This document shows positions 18,971-27,876 of a stretch of 64,000 bases of DNA, one piece after another. A model generated the notes under the pieces. The model saw only the letters and a program-made list of their open reading frames with translations, was not told the DNA's origin and searched no databases. The translations under genes were made by a program, and so were the position numbers. Each line of letters starts with the position of its first letter. The first letter of the stretch is position 1. Origin of the DNA: Candidatus Latescibacterota bacterium (GTDB lineage Bacteria > Latescibacterota > UBA2968); the NCBI GenBank assembly GCA_965204745.1, contig OZ242010.1, forward strand, positions 3,680,001 through 3,744,000, given 5' to 3'.

Positions 18971-20070
18971 TCGTCCCACCCCCTGGCAATAGATTCGGAG
19001 AGCGACAGCCCGTCAACGGCGCGTTTTGGTTCGTCGCTGACACGCACGGGGCCGTCGTCTTGCCGGGAGAACCACTTGCCGTTGGCACCTGCCATATAAT
19101 CGATTAAAACCGGGTGATGAGAGACGATGGCGATCTGTTCCAACGATTCTCCACAGCACGCAACCGCCGCCGCAACCCAAGGCTGAATTTCCGTTAGGGC
19201 AAGATAGTTCTCAGGCTCGTCAATAAACAGGGAAACCCGACGGTCTTTTGGGATAAAAATCAGACTGTACAATGCGATCAGGGTTTTCTGACCGTCGGAA
19301 AGTTGGTCGAATCCATATCTGACCAGATCGCTGGATGGGCTGCGAAATACCGCCTTGAGGGCGCGCGTGTTCTCTCCGGATTTCATCAGGTTGATCGAAT
19401 CGAATCCGGGAAGGGCTTTGCCGAGTTCGCGGAACAGCGTGACGATTGAACCCATGTTTTCCTGAGAGGCGTGCCCGTACCATCCGACAAAATTCTGCAT
19501 CAAAGGCGCCAAAAACTCATCTTCTGTTTTGGTTTCCAACGCGAAGAGCGGGGGGCAGGGGCTAACGATGATGCAGTTGGCAATTTCCCTTTTGAATCGG
19601 GTCAATTTTCGGTTGTCGTGCCGCTCGTTCAAGACGCCGATTCCGGACTGCGCCCAGTCAAATGGATACAAAGGGCCCTGCGTATAATCATCGTGATACA
19701 ACTGGGCTTGGCCCTTGTGGAAAACAAACAGCGGTTTTCCGTCATGATCGAGTCTCTCGTTGCCAATTCGCATTTGGTTGCGTGCGAGGTCGTGTTCAAC
19801 TGTCAGCGCGTAACAATAGGCGTGCCCATCGATCTGCATTTCGATTTCGAATCGCTGTTCGTCGCTGTTTTCTCTCAAGGAGAGATCGCGTGCGGGAAAC
19901 ACCTCGTCAACTTTCAATCCGCGCACGACCAGATCCTGAATTTTCCTCAGCACACTCAAGACCGATGTCTTACCCGTGCCATTGGCACCGAGGAAGATGT
20001 TTATCTCGCCGAGTTTGAGTTCGAAATTGGTCAAACATCGAAAATTATCGGCATAGAATCTCTGAATCAT
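18967..20070 (-). CDS. ABC-type ATPase of defence systems (AAA_21/AAA_15-like)
   Basis: NFRCL, GANGTGKT, LSDGQ, FIDEPENYL, VSHHP. Confidence 0.88.
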   Translation of the reverse strand: MIQRFYADNFRCLTNFELKLGEINIFLGANGTGKTSVLSVLRKIQDLVVRGLKVDEVFPARDLSLRENSDEQRFEIEMQIDGHAYCYALTVEHDLARNQMRIGNERLDHDGKPLFVFHKGQAQLYHDDYTQGPLYPFDWAQSGIGVLNERHDNRKLTRFKREIANCIIVSPCPPLFALETKTEDEFLAPLMQNFVGWYGHASQENMGSIVTLFRELGKALPGFDSINLMKSGENTRALKAVFRSPSSDLVRYGFDQLSDGQKTLIALYSLIFIPKDRRVSLFIDEPENYLALTEIQPWVAAAVACCGESLEQIAIVSHHPVLIDYMAGANGKWFSRQDDGPVRVSDEPKRAVDGLSLSESIARGWDE

Positions 20071-20121
20071 TGGACATCCTCACACTCGTCAGATCGCCGG
20101 TCGTCTTCCTCTTGCGGACGC

Positions 20122-21180
20122 TTACCCCACCTCAATTTCTCGGCCCGTGCGGCCGGATTCAAATACGGCATTGATGATTTCCACGGCGTGGCGCGCGCTT
20201 TCGAGGCCGATCATGGGATCGCGGTCTTCGTTGATGGCCGCGACCAAGTCCTCGATGATCAGGGTGTGCCCGTCTGAACTGACTGCCATCGGGTCTGCGG
20301 AGATGTTCTTCTGTTTGTCTTCCCGGCTGCCGTACAGGCCGAGCATCTCCGCTTCTTCTGCGGCCTCGTTCTCGCCCTGAATTTTCCACGCGATCAACTT
20401 GGACGCATCTTTCATAATGGACCCATTCGCGCCGTAAATGGTCACCAGTTGGGGCAGGCCGGGATAGCAACAGGTCGTCGTATAAACCGTGCCAATCGCG
20501 CCATTCTTGAATTTGAACAGGGCCACAGTCTGATCCTCGGCTTCGATGTCGTGCCCAAAAACGCCGAACATGCCCATCACAGACGCGACACCGCCGGCGA
20601 GCCATTGGATCAGATCGACGGTATGCACCCCCTGATTCATCAACGAGCCGCCGCCATCGAGATCCCACGTTCCCTTCCACAAGCCGTGCGCGCCCTGATA
20701 ATAACTCTGTGCGCGATACCACGGCAAATGCCCATGAACGCCGATCAACTTGCCCAACTTGCCGCTGTCAATCGCCGCTTTGATGCGCTTGTTCAAGGGA
20801 TCCAGCCGCGCTTGAAAAATACACCCGACCTTGACGCCCGCATCTTTCACCGCGCCGATGAGTTGATCCACGCGCTCGGGCGTGATATCCGCGGGCTTCT
20901 CCACGACCATGTGCTTGCCCGCATCTGCGGCCTGAATCCCCAGCGCGGCGTGCTTGCCGGACTCCACGCAAATGTTGACGACTTGCACGTCATCGTCCCG
21001 AAGCATCTCTTCGTAACTCGTGTACGCCTTGCACCCATGTTGCTCGGCCACCGGCCCCAAACGATCTTCATCCACATCGCACACCGCCACCAACTTCGCG
21101 CCCGCGGCCTCTGTGACAGACCGACAATGGTGCTTGCCCATCCCCAGTCCAACAATGCCAAATCCCAGTTCTTTTGCCAT
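20122..21180 (-). CDS. Gfo/Idh/MocA oxidoreductase
   Basis: GLGMG, VEKP, GGGSLMNQGVHTVD; SD GGAGG. Confidence 0.9.
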   Translation of the reverse strand: MAKELGFGIVGLGMGKHHCRSVTEAAGAKLVAVCDVDEDRLGPVAEQHGCKAYTSYEEMLRDDDVQVVNICVESGKHAALGIQAADAGKHMVVEKPADITPERVDQLIGAVKDAGVKVGCIFQARLDPLNKRIKAAIDSGKLGKLIGVHGHLPWYRAQSYYQGAHGLWKGTWDLDGGGSLMNQGVHTVDLIQWLAGGVASVMGMFGVFGHDIEAEDQTVALFKFKNGAIGTVYTTTCCYPGLPQLVTIYGANGSIMKDASKLIAWKIQGENEAAEEAEMLGLYGSREDKQKNISADPMAVSSDGHTLIIEDLVAAINEDRDPMIGLESARHAVEIINAVFESGRTGREIEVG

Positions 21181-21328
21181 GACATCCTCCCAAAAAAATT
21201 GCAGACGATTTCTCAAACGCGGCTCAATCTAATGCGTGGCGTTTTTGCGAACAAGCAAAAAACCATCCCGTCTGCGGAATACCTTGACATTTGGGAAAAA
21301 GGGGCTATACATGAAGAGGCCGCCCTGC

Positions 21329-21581
21329 CCCGCCCAACTCCTCCAACCCCAAGTAGTCAGTAGTCAGTTGTCAGTCCCCGCACCGCCCTTCCGCAAGTGA
21401 GACGTGAGACGCAAGAGGGCCACCCGGCACCCCAAGTGGTCAGTGGTTAGCCCCCGCCCAACTCCTCCAACCCCAAGTAGTCAGTAGTCAGTAGTCAGTC
21501 CCCGCACCGCCCTTCCGCAAGTGAGACGTGAGACGCAAGACGGGAGAGGGCCACCCAGCACCCCAAGCACTCAGTGGTCAG
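21329..21581. repeat. Tandem duplication (period about 124 bp) of the composite heptamer repeat
   Basis: CCCCAAG(TAGTCAG)n TCCCCGCACCGCCCTTCCGCAAGTGAGACGTGAGACGCAAGA occurs twice. Confidence 0.9.
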
Positions 21582-21641
21582 CAAAACAAGCGGTGGATAG
21601 TGAGGGTCGAAAGCTGATGGTTGTCTTTCAAAGGAATCCCC

Positions 21642-22331
21642 ATGTGTGGTCGATATGTTTATGCTGCCCAGCGCGATGAGAACCAGCGCGCATTTCCGCA
21701 ATTTGACTTTCCCTGCGCGATGCCCAAGCGATACAATATCGCGCCGGGGCAGAATATTACCGCGATAGCCAACACGGATACGCCGCGTGCAGACACCTTC
21801 AAATGGGGGCTGATTCCGTCTTGGGCAAAAGACAGCAAAATCGGCAATCGCCTCATCAATGCTCGGGGAGAAACCCTTGCGGAAAAGCCCTCGTTTCGGA
21901 TGGCGTACAAAAAACAGCGGTGCCTCATTCCCGCAACCGGATTTTACGAATGGCAACGCAACCCCGATGGCAGAACCAAAACGCCCATGCACATCGCGCT
22001 CAAATCCGGCGCGCCCTTTGCCTTTGCCGGCCTTTGGGACGTGTGGCACGCACCCACCGGAGAACGCATCCAATCCTGCACCATTATCACGACCGAACCC
22101 AACGACCTGATGGCACCCATTCACAACCGCATGCCCGTCATCCTTCCGGCAGAGGCGTATGACGCTTGGCTCGACCCAGAAGAACGCATCGACTTGCGAG
22201 AACTCCTCGTTCCATACGCGGCGCGAGAGATGATCGCCCATCCGGTTTCGACCCTTGTCAACAGCCCGAGAAACGATACCCCGGACTGCCTGAAACCCGC
22301 ATCGCCGCCCGAACAAGGGGCATTGTTTTGA
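21642..22331 (+). CDS. SOS response-associated peptidase (SRAP/YedK/HMCES) abasic-site crosslinking protein
   Basis: N-terminal MCGRY, RYNIAPGQ, INARGET, GFYEW, IHNRMPV. Confidence 0.93.
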   Translation: MCGRYVYAAQRDENQRAFPQFDFPCAMPKRYNIAPGQNITAIANTDTPRADTFKWGLIPSWAKDSKIGNRLINARGETLAEKPSFRMAYKKQRCLIPATGFYEWQRNPDGRTKTPMHIALKSGAPFAFAGLWDVWHAPTGERIQSCTIITTEPNDLMAPIHNRMPVILPAEAYDAWLDPEERIDLRELLVPYAAREMIAHPVSTLVNSPRNDTPDCLKPASPPEQGALF

Positions 22332-22380
22332 AAGACACGACAAGGAGTGCGAATGGGCAAACCCTGCCCAACCGCTGCGC

Positions 22381-22512
22381 CCAAGTAGTCAGTAGTCAGT
22401 GGTCAGTGGTCAGTGGTCAGTCCCCGCACCGCCCTTCCGCAAGTGAGACGTGAGACGCAAGACAGGAGAGGCCCGCCCAGCACCCCAAGCGGTCAGCGGT
22501 CAGTGGTCAGCC
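22381..22512. repeat. Composite heptamer repeat (5 units), same orientation as 21329-21581
   Basis: CCAAG(TAGTCAG)2(TGGTCAG)3TCCCCGCACCGCCCTTCCGCAAGTGAGAC... Confidence 0.9.
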
Positions 22513-22624
22513 CACCCCGCCGCCCTGTCTCATTAGTCGTAGGGAGTTGCCTCTCAAGGCCGTTCAACGGTCAGTTGTCACCCCGTTCTCTTTCATCTTT
22601 CAACCGATCTCTTTGGAGTCCATC

Positions 22625-23383
22625 ATGACCATTGTCGATACCCATTGCCACATTGGCCTGCACAAATACGAACCCGTGGAATCCCTGCTCTACCACATGA
22701 ACACATCCAAAGTCGATAAAGCCGTTTTCATCCAATACGCGGGAAACGCGGACAATCAGTACATGATCGACTGCATGGCGGCGCATCCGGGGAAATTTCA
22801 AGCGGCGATGATCGTCGCCCCAACAGACGATGGCACGGCCATGCGCGGATGGGCAGAGCAAGGCATCGTGGGCATTCGCCTGCCGGCAAACAGCCGCGCA
22901 GATAGCTCCGATCCGCTCGCACAGTGGCGCGTAGCAGCAGAACTCGACCTCGTCGTCAGCGCGCCGAGCAATCCCCAAAGCCTCTTGAGCGATGAGTTTG
23001 CAGAGGTGATCAAAAAATTTTCGAATCTGTCTATCGCAATCGAACACCTCGCGGGCATTGGCGAAGGCCAACAGCCGCCCTATCACACGTTCAAAGAAAT
23101 CCTCGCGCTCGCCGAACACCCGAATCTGTCCATCAAACTCCCCGGATTCGGCGAGTTCTGTCCCGTGCCCATGCCCTTTGACCCCATCCCCCCACTCGCC
23201 GATATGGCTATCGAAGCCTTTGGCCCGCAGCGCGTCATGTGGGGCAGCGATTACCCGCCCGTGAGCAGGCGCGAAGGCTATGACAATTCCCTGCGCGTGC
23301 CAATGGATTACCTCAGCGGATTCAGCGCAGCCGCCCGAGAATGGATATTCGGAAAAACCGCCCTGAAAATCTGGCGGTTCTGA
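22625..23383 (+). CDS. Amidohydrolase_2 family protein
   Basis: DTHCH, IEHLAG, MWGSDYPP. Confidence 0.88.
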   Translation: MTIVDTHCHIGLHKYEPVESLLYHMNTSKVDKAVFIQYAGNADNQYMIDCMAAHPGKFQAAMIVAPTDDGTAMRGWAEQGIVGIRLPANSRADSSDPLAQWRVAAELDLVVSAPSNPQSLLSDEFAEVIKKFSNLSIAIEHLAGIGEGQQPPYHTFKEILALAEHPNLSIKLPGFGEFCPVPMPFDPIPPLADMAIEAFGPQRVMWGSDYPPVSRREGYDNSLRVPMDYLSGFSAAAREWIFGKTALKIWRF

Positions 23384-23501
23384 TCTCGTTGTGACTCATG
23401 TCCAATCACGCGAAATTCGACCTTGATTTGAACATCTGTTTTGCGTGATCTCATCGAGACAACCGGAAGATTTAACCCAACTTCCCCAAGGAGACATTGC
23501 G

Positions 23502-23813
23502 ATGGAAACCTACATCATCTCTTACGATATGGCTTGGGGAGGTGATTACAATGCCCTCCATGAGGCCATTCAAAGCTACGGGGCTTGGGCGCGTATTACC
23601 GATTCAACATGGGCTGTGTTGACCGAATATAGTGCTCAAATGATTCGCGATCACTTGAGCGAATATCTCCCCGATGGGAGCCGTCTTTTCGTTGTCAGGT
23701 CCGGCGATGAAGCGGCGTGGCAATACGTCAATAGCTCTGAGTGGCTGGAAGGTATCCTGTTGCAAGATGTAACTCGCCTGAACAAATTGCACTTACTTTC
23801 GCAACTCGATTAG
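23502..23813 (+). CDS. Small Cas2/VapD-like-fold protein (often labelled SinR family)
   Basis: YIISYD...DYNALHEAIQSYGAWARITDSTW...IRDHL; SD AGGAG. Confidence 0.55.
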   Translation: METYIISYDMAWGGDYNALHEAIQSYGAWARITDSTWAVLTEYSAQMIRDHLSEYLPDGSRLFVVRSGDEAAWQYVNSSEWLEGILLQDVTRLNKLHLLSQLD

Positions 23814-23890
23814 CCAGCCAACAAGTCCAGTCTCGATCATCTCGGTTGCGGTTATCAGCCTCTTGATCGGGCAGATAAGATGTGAAAAAC

Positions 23891-23927
23891 AAAAAGCGTC
23901 GGCTTAAATAGCTGACGCTTTTTTTTT
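23891..23927. terminator. Bidirectional rho-independent terminator
   Basis: AAAAAGCGTCGGCT-TAAAT-AGCTGACGCTTTTTTTTT between convergent genes. Confidence 0.8.
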
Positions 23928-23950
23928 AAATGGATTGTCTATTGCGGGTG

Positions 23951-24394
23951 TTACTCCTCGTATTCGGGAAATGCGGGGGCGAGCATGAAGGCGCAATCCT
24001 CGTGGCATTTGCCGCAGTAGGGCACCATTGCGCGGAACTGCTTGTTCGCCTCTTTGACATTGCCCGCCTTGGCTGCCGAGGCGATTCCCAACGCCAGGGT
24101 TTGAGAGGCTTGGTTGTAAATCGTGTATTTCTCCTCGTGTTCCGGCGGATAGAGCTCGATCACCGCTTTCAGGGCTTTCTGAATCCGCTCGGCCTCATCG
24201 GCGACCCCATCCACTGTCTCGTTTTTCAGCGCGACCATAATTCGGTCTGTGCTCAACTTGATCGCGCGCATTTCCGCACGCCTCTTGGGCAACTGATTGT
24301 CGGCTTGTTCCTGCCCGCCGCCACACCCGACGATAGCCGCCATCATCACACCCAGCGCGACCAACCCCAGAGCCATCCATCTCACATAGCGCAT
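23951..24394 (-). CDS. Cytochrome c'-like lipoprotein
   Basis: Lipobox IVGC, helical body, C-terminal CGKCH. Confidence 0.75.
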   Translation of the reverse strand: MRYVRWMALGLVALGVMMAAIVGCGGGQEQADNQLPKRRAEMRAIKLSTDRIMVALKNETVDGVADEAERIQKALKAVIELYPPEHEEKYTIYNQASQTLALGIASAAKAGNVKEANKQFRAMVPYCGKCHEDCAFMLAPAFPEYEE

Positions 24395-24464
24395 TGCATC
24401 CTCCTCGTTACCTATTTCACATGAACCAAACCAAAGGTGATGATACACCTTCCCGAACGCAAAA

Positions 24465-25496
24465 TCAAGTCTTTCCAGAGGGCTTGTCTGGCCCTCCCAG
24501 CACTTTTCGCAACCCTTCCTGAACCCGCCGATTTTGATTGATCTGGCGCACTCCGGCCTGAATCATAAACCGCGAAAGCCGATCTTTTTTCGCCCGCATC
24601 CAGCGGTTGAGCGGCGGGTACGCGTACATCAAAAAACCCGACAAACAGATCGCCAGCGTCACGCATGCAACGATATCCGTGTAGATATAGGCGTGGCTAT
24701 AACCCGCAAAAATGGACCCCGTATGCAAATCGAGCATCACCGAGCGAAAATCGTCAGACCGCACCATCACCAGCGAGGTAATCGACATCAGGACCAACAA
24801 AATCATGCCGATCAGCCCGGCCCAATAGTGTAGCTTGCGGTTGTACTTAAACACGGTGTTGATAACCGTGCGATCCTCCACCAGATACTCAAAGCCGGAC
24901 AGGCGTTCCATCTGCGCTTCGAGCAACTCGTTGCGATGGGCCATCTCCTCGCGGCGCAACATCATATCGACCAACCCGCCGATCTGATCCGCCACTTCTT
25001 GCAGAAACTCCTCATCGTCTTTTGTAAAATACCCCGGATCGGCTTTCTTGTTCAGGAGTTCGATCACGCCGATAGGCTCTTTGCGCCTGTTGCGAAGCGG
25101 ATAGGCCAAAATGGTCTGCGCTTCATCCCCATGTGCATTGGAAAACAACGGGTCTTTTGCCGCATCCCTCACATTTCTCACGTCGCCGCTGCTGAACACC
25201 TGCCCGATAATGCCCCGATTGCTCGGCATGCGGACCTGCGTGCCCTCAGAACGCGCGGTGCCCACATGCGTGTAAAGCTCATCTGTCAGGCGATTGTGAA
25301 AATAAATCGCACATCGATCTGCCCCCAAGTACGTGGATATTTCACGCGCAATGCCCTGGATCAACTGCCCCTGATTTGACGTGGCATTCATCAACCGGCT
25401 GATTGCCAACAGGGATTCCAAACGCTCGACGCGCGCGGCGAGATCTCGAGAAGACGCATCGTCTCGTGCCATATCTTCAACCTTGAATGCGAACAT
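24465..25496 (-). CDS. GAF domain fused to a PepSY-TM-like membrane domain (start uncertain)
   Basis: GAF motifs ADRCAIY, GIIGQV, IGVIELLNK, FTKDDE; C-terminal RKLHYWAG...LDLHTG with TM helices. Confidence 0.7.
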   Translation of the reverse strand: MFAFKVEDMARDDASSRDLAARVERLESLLAISRLMNATSNQGQLIQGIAREISTYLGADRCAIYFHNRLTDELYTHVGTARSEGTQVRMPSNRGIIGQVFSSGDVRNVRDAAKDPLFSNAHGDEAQTILAYPLRNRRKEPIGVIELLNKKADPGYFTKDDEEFLQEVADQIGGLVDMMLRREEMAHRNELLEAQMERLSGFEYLVEDRTVINTVFKYNRKLHYWAGLIGMILLVLMSITSLVMVRSDDFRSVMLDLHTGSIFAGYSHAYIYTDIVACVTLAICLSGFLMYAYPPLNRWMRAKKDRLSRFMIQAGVRQINQNRRVQEGLRKVLGGPDKPSGKT

Positions 25497-25656
25497 GTCC
25501 CCGCGGGTGTGCGGGAAGCTAAATACGGGTGAACCGATTTCGGCGATCATTCAACGCTTCAATATACAAAAGTTTTGGCGAAATACAAAACGTGGCGTAA
25601 GTGCAACCATGGACAGGCGTTGGGCGGTCGTCTCAGTCACCGGACTCCGACATTGG

Positions 25657-26340
25657 CTACGCCCGTGTCGGCGTGACGTTTGCCCTTCGTGGATCACGTC
25701 TCACCAATTCCGCCGTGCCCCACAGACTCGGATCGTAAGCCACGGGCAAAATTTCCTCTGCGGTCCAAACTTGTCGCCCCAACTTTCTGTCGCGGAGCAA
25801 ATAGGTAAATCCGAGCCGGTTGTTCTCGGCGGGATCGAATCCGGTCAGGGCATCCGCGGGGATGCGCGCTTCTAGCCGGTACCCGGTTTGGAACACCTTT
25901 GACGCCACCTCTAACCGCTCGGGATCGCACAATCGGGGATGTGCCCGTGCCTGTCGCAACCGAAACGGCCTGCCCCCGGCCTTCTCCGTGCCATTGCCCG
26001 GCCAAAAGCAAAAATGGTGACAATAGCGGCTGCCTCGGGGGGCGGTACGCACGTCGCGCGTGTCGACCCACACCTGAAAACCATCCCCGCGCAAGGGCCG
26101 CCGAACATCGGGCGCACGCCCACCCGCGCCTTTTACATCAACGGCGAAAAACAACCCATTGTCGCGCCACGCCATGTACACATCGGCAAAGGCAGATTTC
26201 TCCTCTACGCCCATCAAATCGGGCACCAGATGCGTCTCATCCCAGTCGTCGATCTCGCCATCGATCACCGGGGCATCTGCGCGAAACGCACATGGAAATG
26301 CCACATGAAAAAATGCGCGCTTGGGAATCCCGATATTCAT
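25657..26340 (-). CDS. CBM9/DOMON-like sugar-binding domain protein
   Basis: PVIDGEIDDW, GLFFAVDV, DGFQVWVD, YRLEARIP. Confidence 0.7.
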   Translation of the reverse strand: MNIGIPKRAFFHVAFPCAFRADAPVIDGEIDDWDETHLVPDLMGVEEKSAFADVYMAWRDNGLFFAVDVKGAGGRAPDVRRPLRGDGFQVWVDTRDVRTAPRGSRYCHHFCFWPGNGTEKAGGRPFRLRQARAHPRLCDPERLEVASKVFQTGYRLEARIPADALTGFDPAENNRLGFTYLLRDRKLGRQVWTAEEILPVAYDPSLWGTAELVRRDPRRANVTPTRA

Positions 26341-26451
26341 ACGTCACGTCTCCGGGCAAATCGGCGAATCCATTCGGGCAGGCTACGGGTACAGGGGTCA
26401 GTTGCCAACCATTCATCTTCGGGCTTATCAACGAAGATATTACGTTGCTTT

Positions 26452-26967
26452 TTACGCACCTTCGGCGGCTTCATCGGCGAGGTCGCGCTGGGCGAGGTCG
26501 CGGTCGAGCAGGAACAGGCCATTGCCTTCTGTGCCGACCAGTTTGAGCGTGTCGATGAGTTCCTTGACTGCGGCTTCTTCTTCGACTTGCTCTGTGATAA
26601 ACCACTGGAGAAAGGTGTGGGTGGCGTGATCGCGTTCAGACAGGGCGAGGTCCGCGATGTTGTAGATGCTTTGAGACACTTTTTGCTCGTGGGCGAGACT
26701 GTCTTCAAACACGTCCAAAGGGTTGTCCCAGTTCTGCTTGGGCGCGTCCAAGGCTTGAAAGCGGATCTCGGCCTCGCGGTCGTCGAGAAAATCGTAAATT
26801 TTCATGCCATGCCCGAGTTCCTCTTGGGCCTGAACGCGCATCCAATGGGCGAACCCATTGAGGTTCTGCGTGAGAAAATACGCCGACATCGCCAGATAGC
26901 TATACGCGGAATAGTATTCCAAGTTGAGCTGATCGTTGAGGGCCGCAGCGATTTTGGAATTGATCAT
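26452..26967 (-). CDS. ftnA: Ferritin (non-heme)
   Basis: Ferroxidase residues in LNLEYYSAYSY, EELGH, HEQ, EQVEEE. Confidence 0.93.
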   Translation of the reverse strand: MINSKIAAALNDQLNLEYYSAYSYLAMSAYFLTQNLNGFAHWMRVQAQEELGHGMKIYDFLDDREAEIRFQALDAPKQNWDNPLDVFEDSLAHEQKVSQSIYNIADLALSERDHATHTFLQWFITEQVEEEAAVKELIDTLKLVGTEGNGLFLLDRDLAQRDLADEAAEGA

Positions 26968-27020
26968 GGTGTTCTCCTCTCGTGAGGGGGGTCAAAAAAA
27001 CAGCATCCGAATATGAGATA

Positions 27021-27048
27021 AGTATAGCGAAAATACGGGCTTTGTCAA
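27021..27048 (-). promoter_or_regulatory. Sigma70-type promoter of the minus-strand ferritin
   Basis: TTGACA-16-TATACT on the minus strand. Confidence 0.55.
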
Positions 27049-27219
27049 TCTCTTAAAATATGCGTTGTTTAGAAGGCGGAACACGCGAATCGCCAGGCGC
27101 GTTTTTTCATTGATTCTTTTGTCAAAATTGCGTAAGACTTACTTAACAGTACCAAACGCGGAAGTTTAATCACCCCAGCGTGGCCTTTCGCGCCACCCAA
27201 CAGGAGGTCTATTTTTGTC

Positions 27220-27699
27220 ATGATTCCCGAAAAGGTCCTCGCGGCCTTGAACGAACAACTCAATTTTGAGTTTCATTCGGCATTTCACTACCTCGCCATG
27301 GAGACCTATTTTCACGAGGTCAATCTGCACGGATTTGCCAAATACATGCGCGAGCAATACAAAGAAGAACGGCAACACGCGCTCAAGATCGTGGATTACA
27401 TCAATGCGCGAAACTGCCGGGTCAGGCTCAAGCAAATCGCCGAACCGCCTTCAGAGTGGGCGTCGCCACTGGAGGTTTTTCAAGACGCCTATCGCCAAGA
27501 GCAAAAATCCAGTGGGATGATCAACGACTTGGTCGATCTCGCCCTGGACGAGCGCGACCATGCAACGGATATTTTTTTGAAGTGGTTTATCGAAAAACAA
27601 GTGGAGGAAGAAGCGCGGATCGGCAGCATCGTCCACAAGTTGAAACTGGTCGGCGATGACACGTACGGCTTGTTTTTGCTGGATCGAGATATGGGGTAA
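27220..27699 (+). CDS. Ferritin (second, divergent paralog)
   Basis: LNFEFHSAFHY, EERQH, QEQ, EKQVEEE; SD AGGAGG. Confidence 0.92.
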   Translation: MIPEKVLAALNEQLNFEFHSAFHYLAMETYFHEVNLHGFAKYMREQYKEERQHALKIVDYINARNCRVRLKQIAEPPSEWASPLEVFQDAYRQEQKSSGMINDLVDLALDERDHATDIFLKWFIEKQVEEEARIGSIVHKLKLVGDDTYGLFLLDRDMG

Positions 27700-27810
27700 G
27701 AGGAGTGAGATGTCGTTTTAATTTTTTCGGGACCGATCCCCTAACCCCTTTCTATGTGGGAAGACCGTCTCCCCTCTCCGTTTCGGGGAGGGGTCATACC
27801 GCCCCATGAC

Positions 27811-27844
27811 AAAGTGCCCTCCGAGTATTGGAGGGCACTTTTTT
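27811..27844. terminator. Rho-independent terminator between convergent genes
   Basis: AAAGTGCCCTCCGA-GTA-TTGGAGGGCACTTTTTT. Confidence 0.8.
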
Positions 27845-27876
27845 AATTTCAGCGGATGGTAATTGATGGCGTAGCG

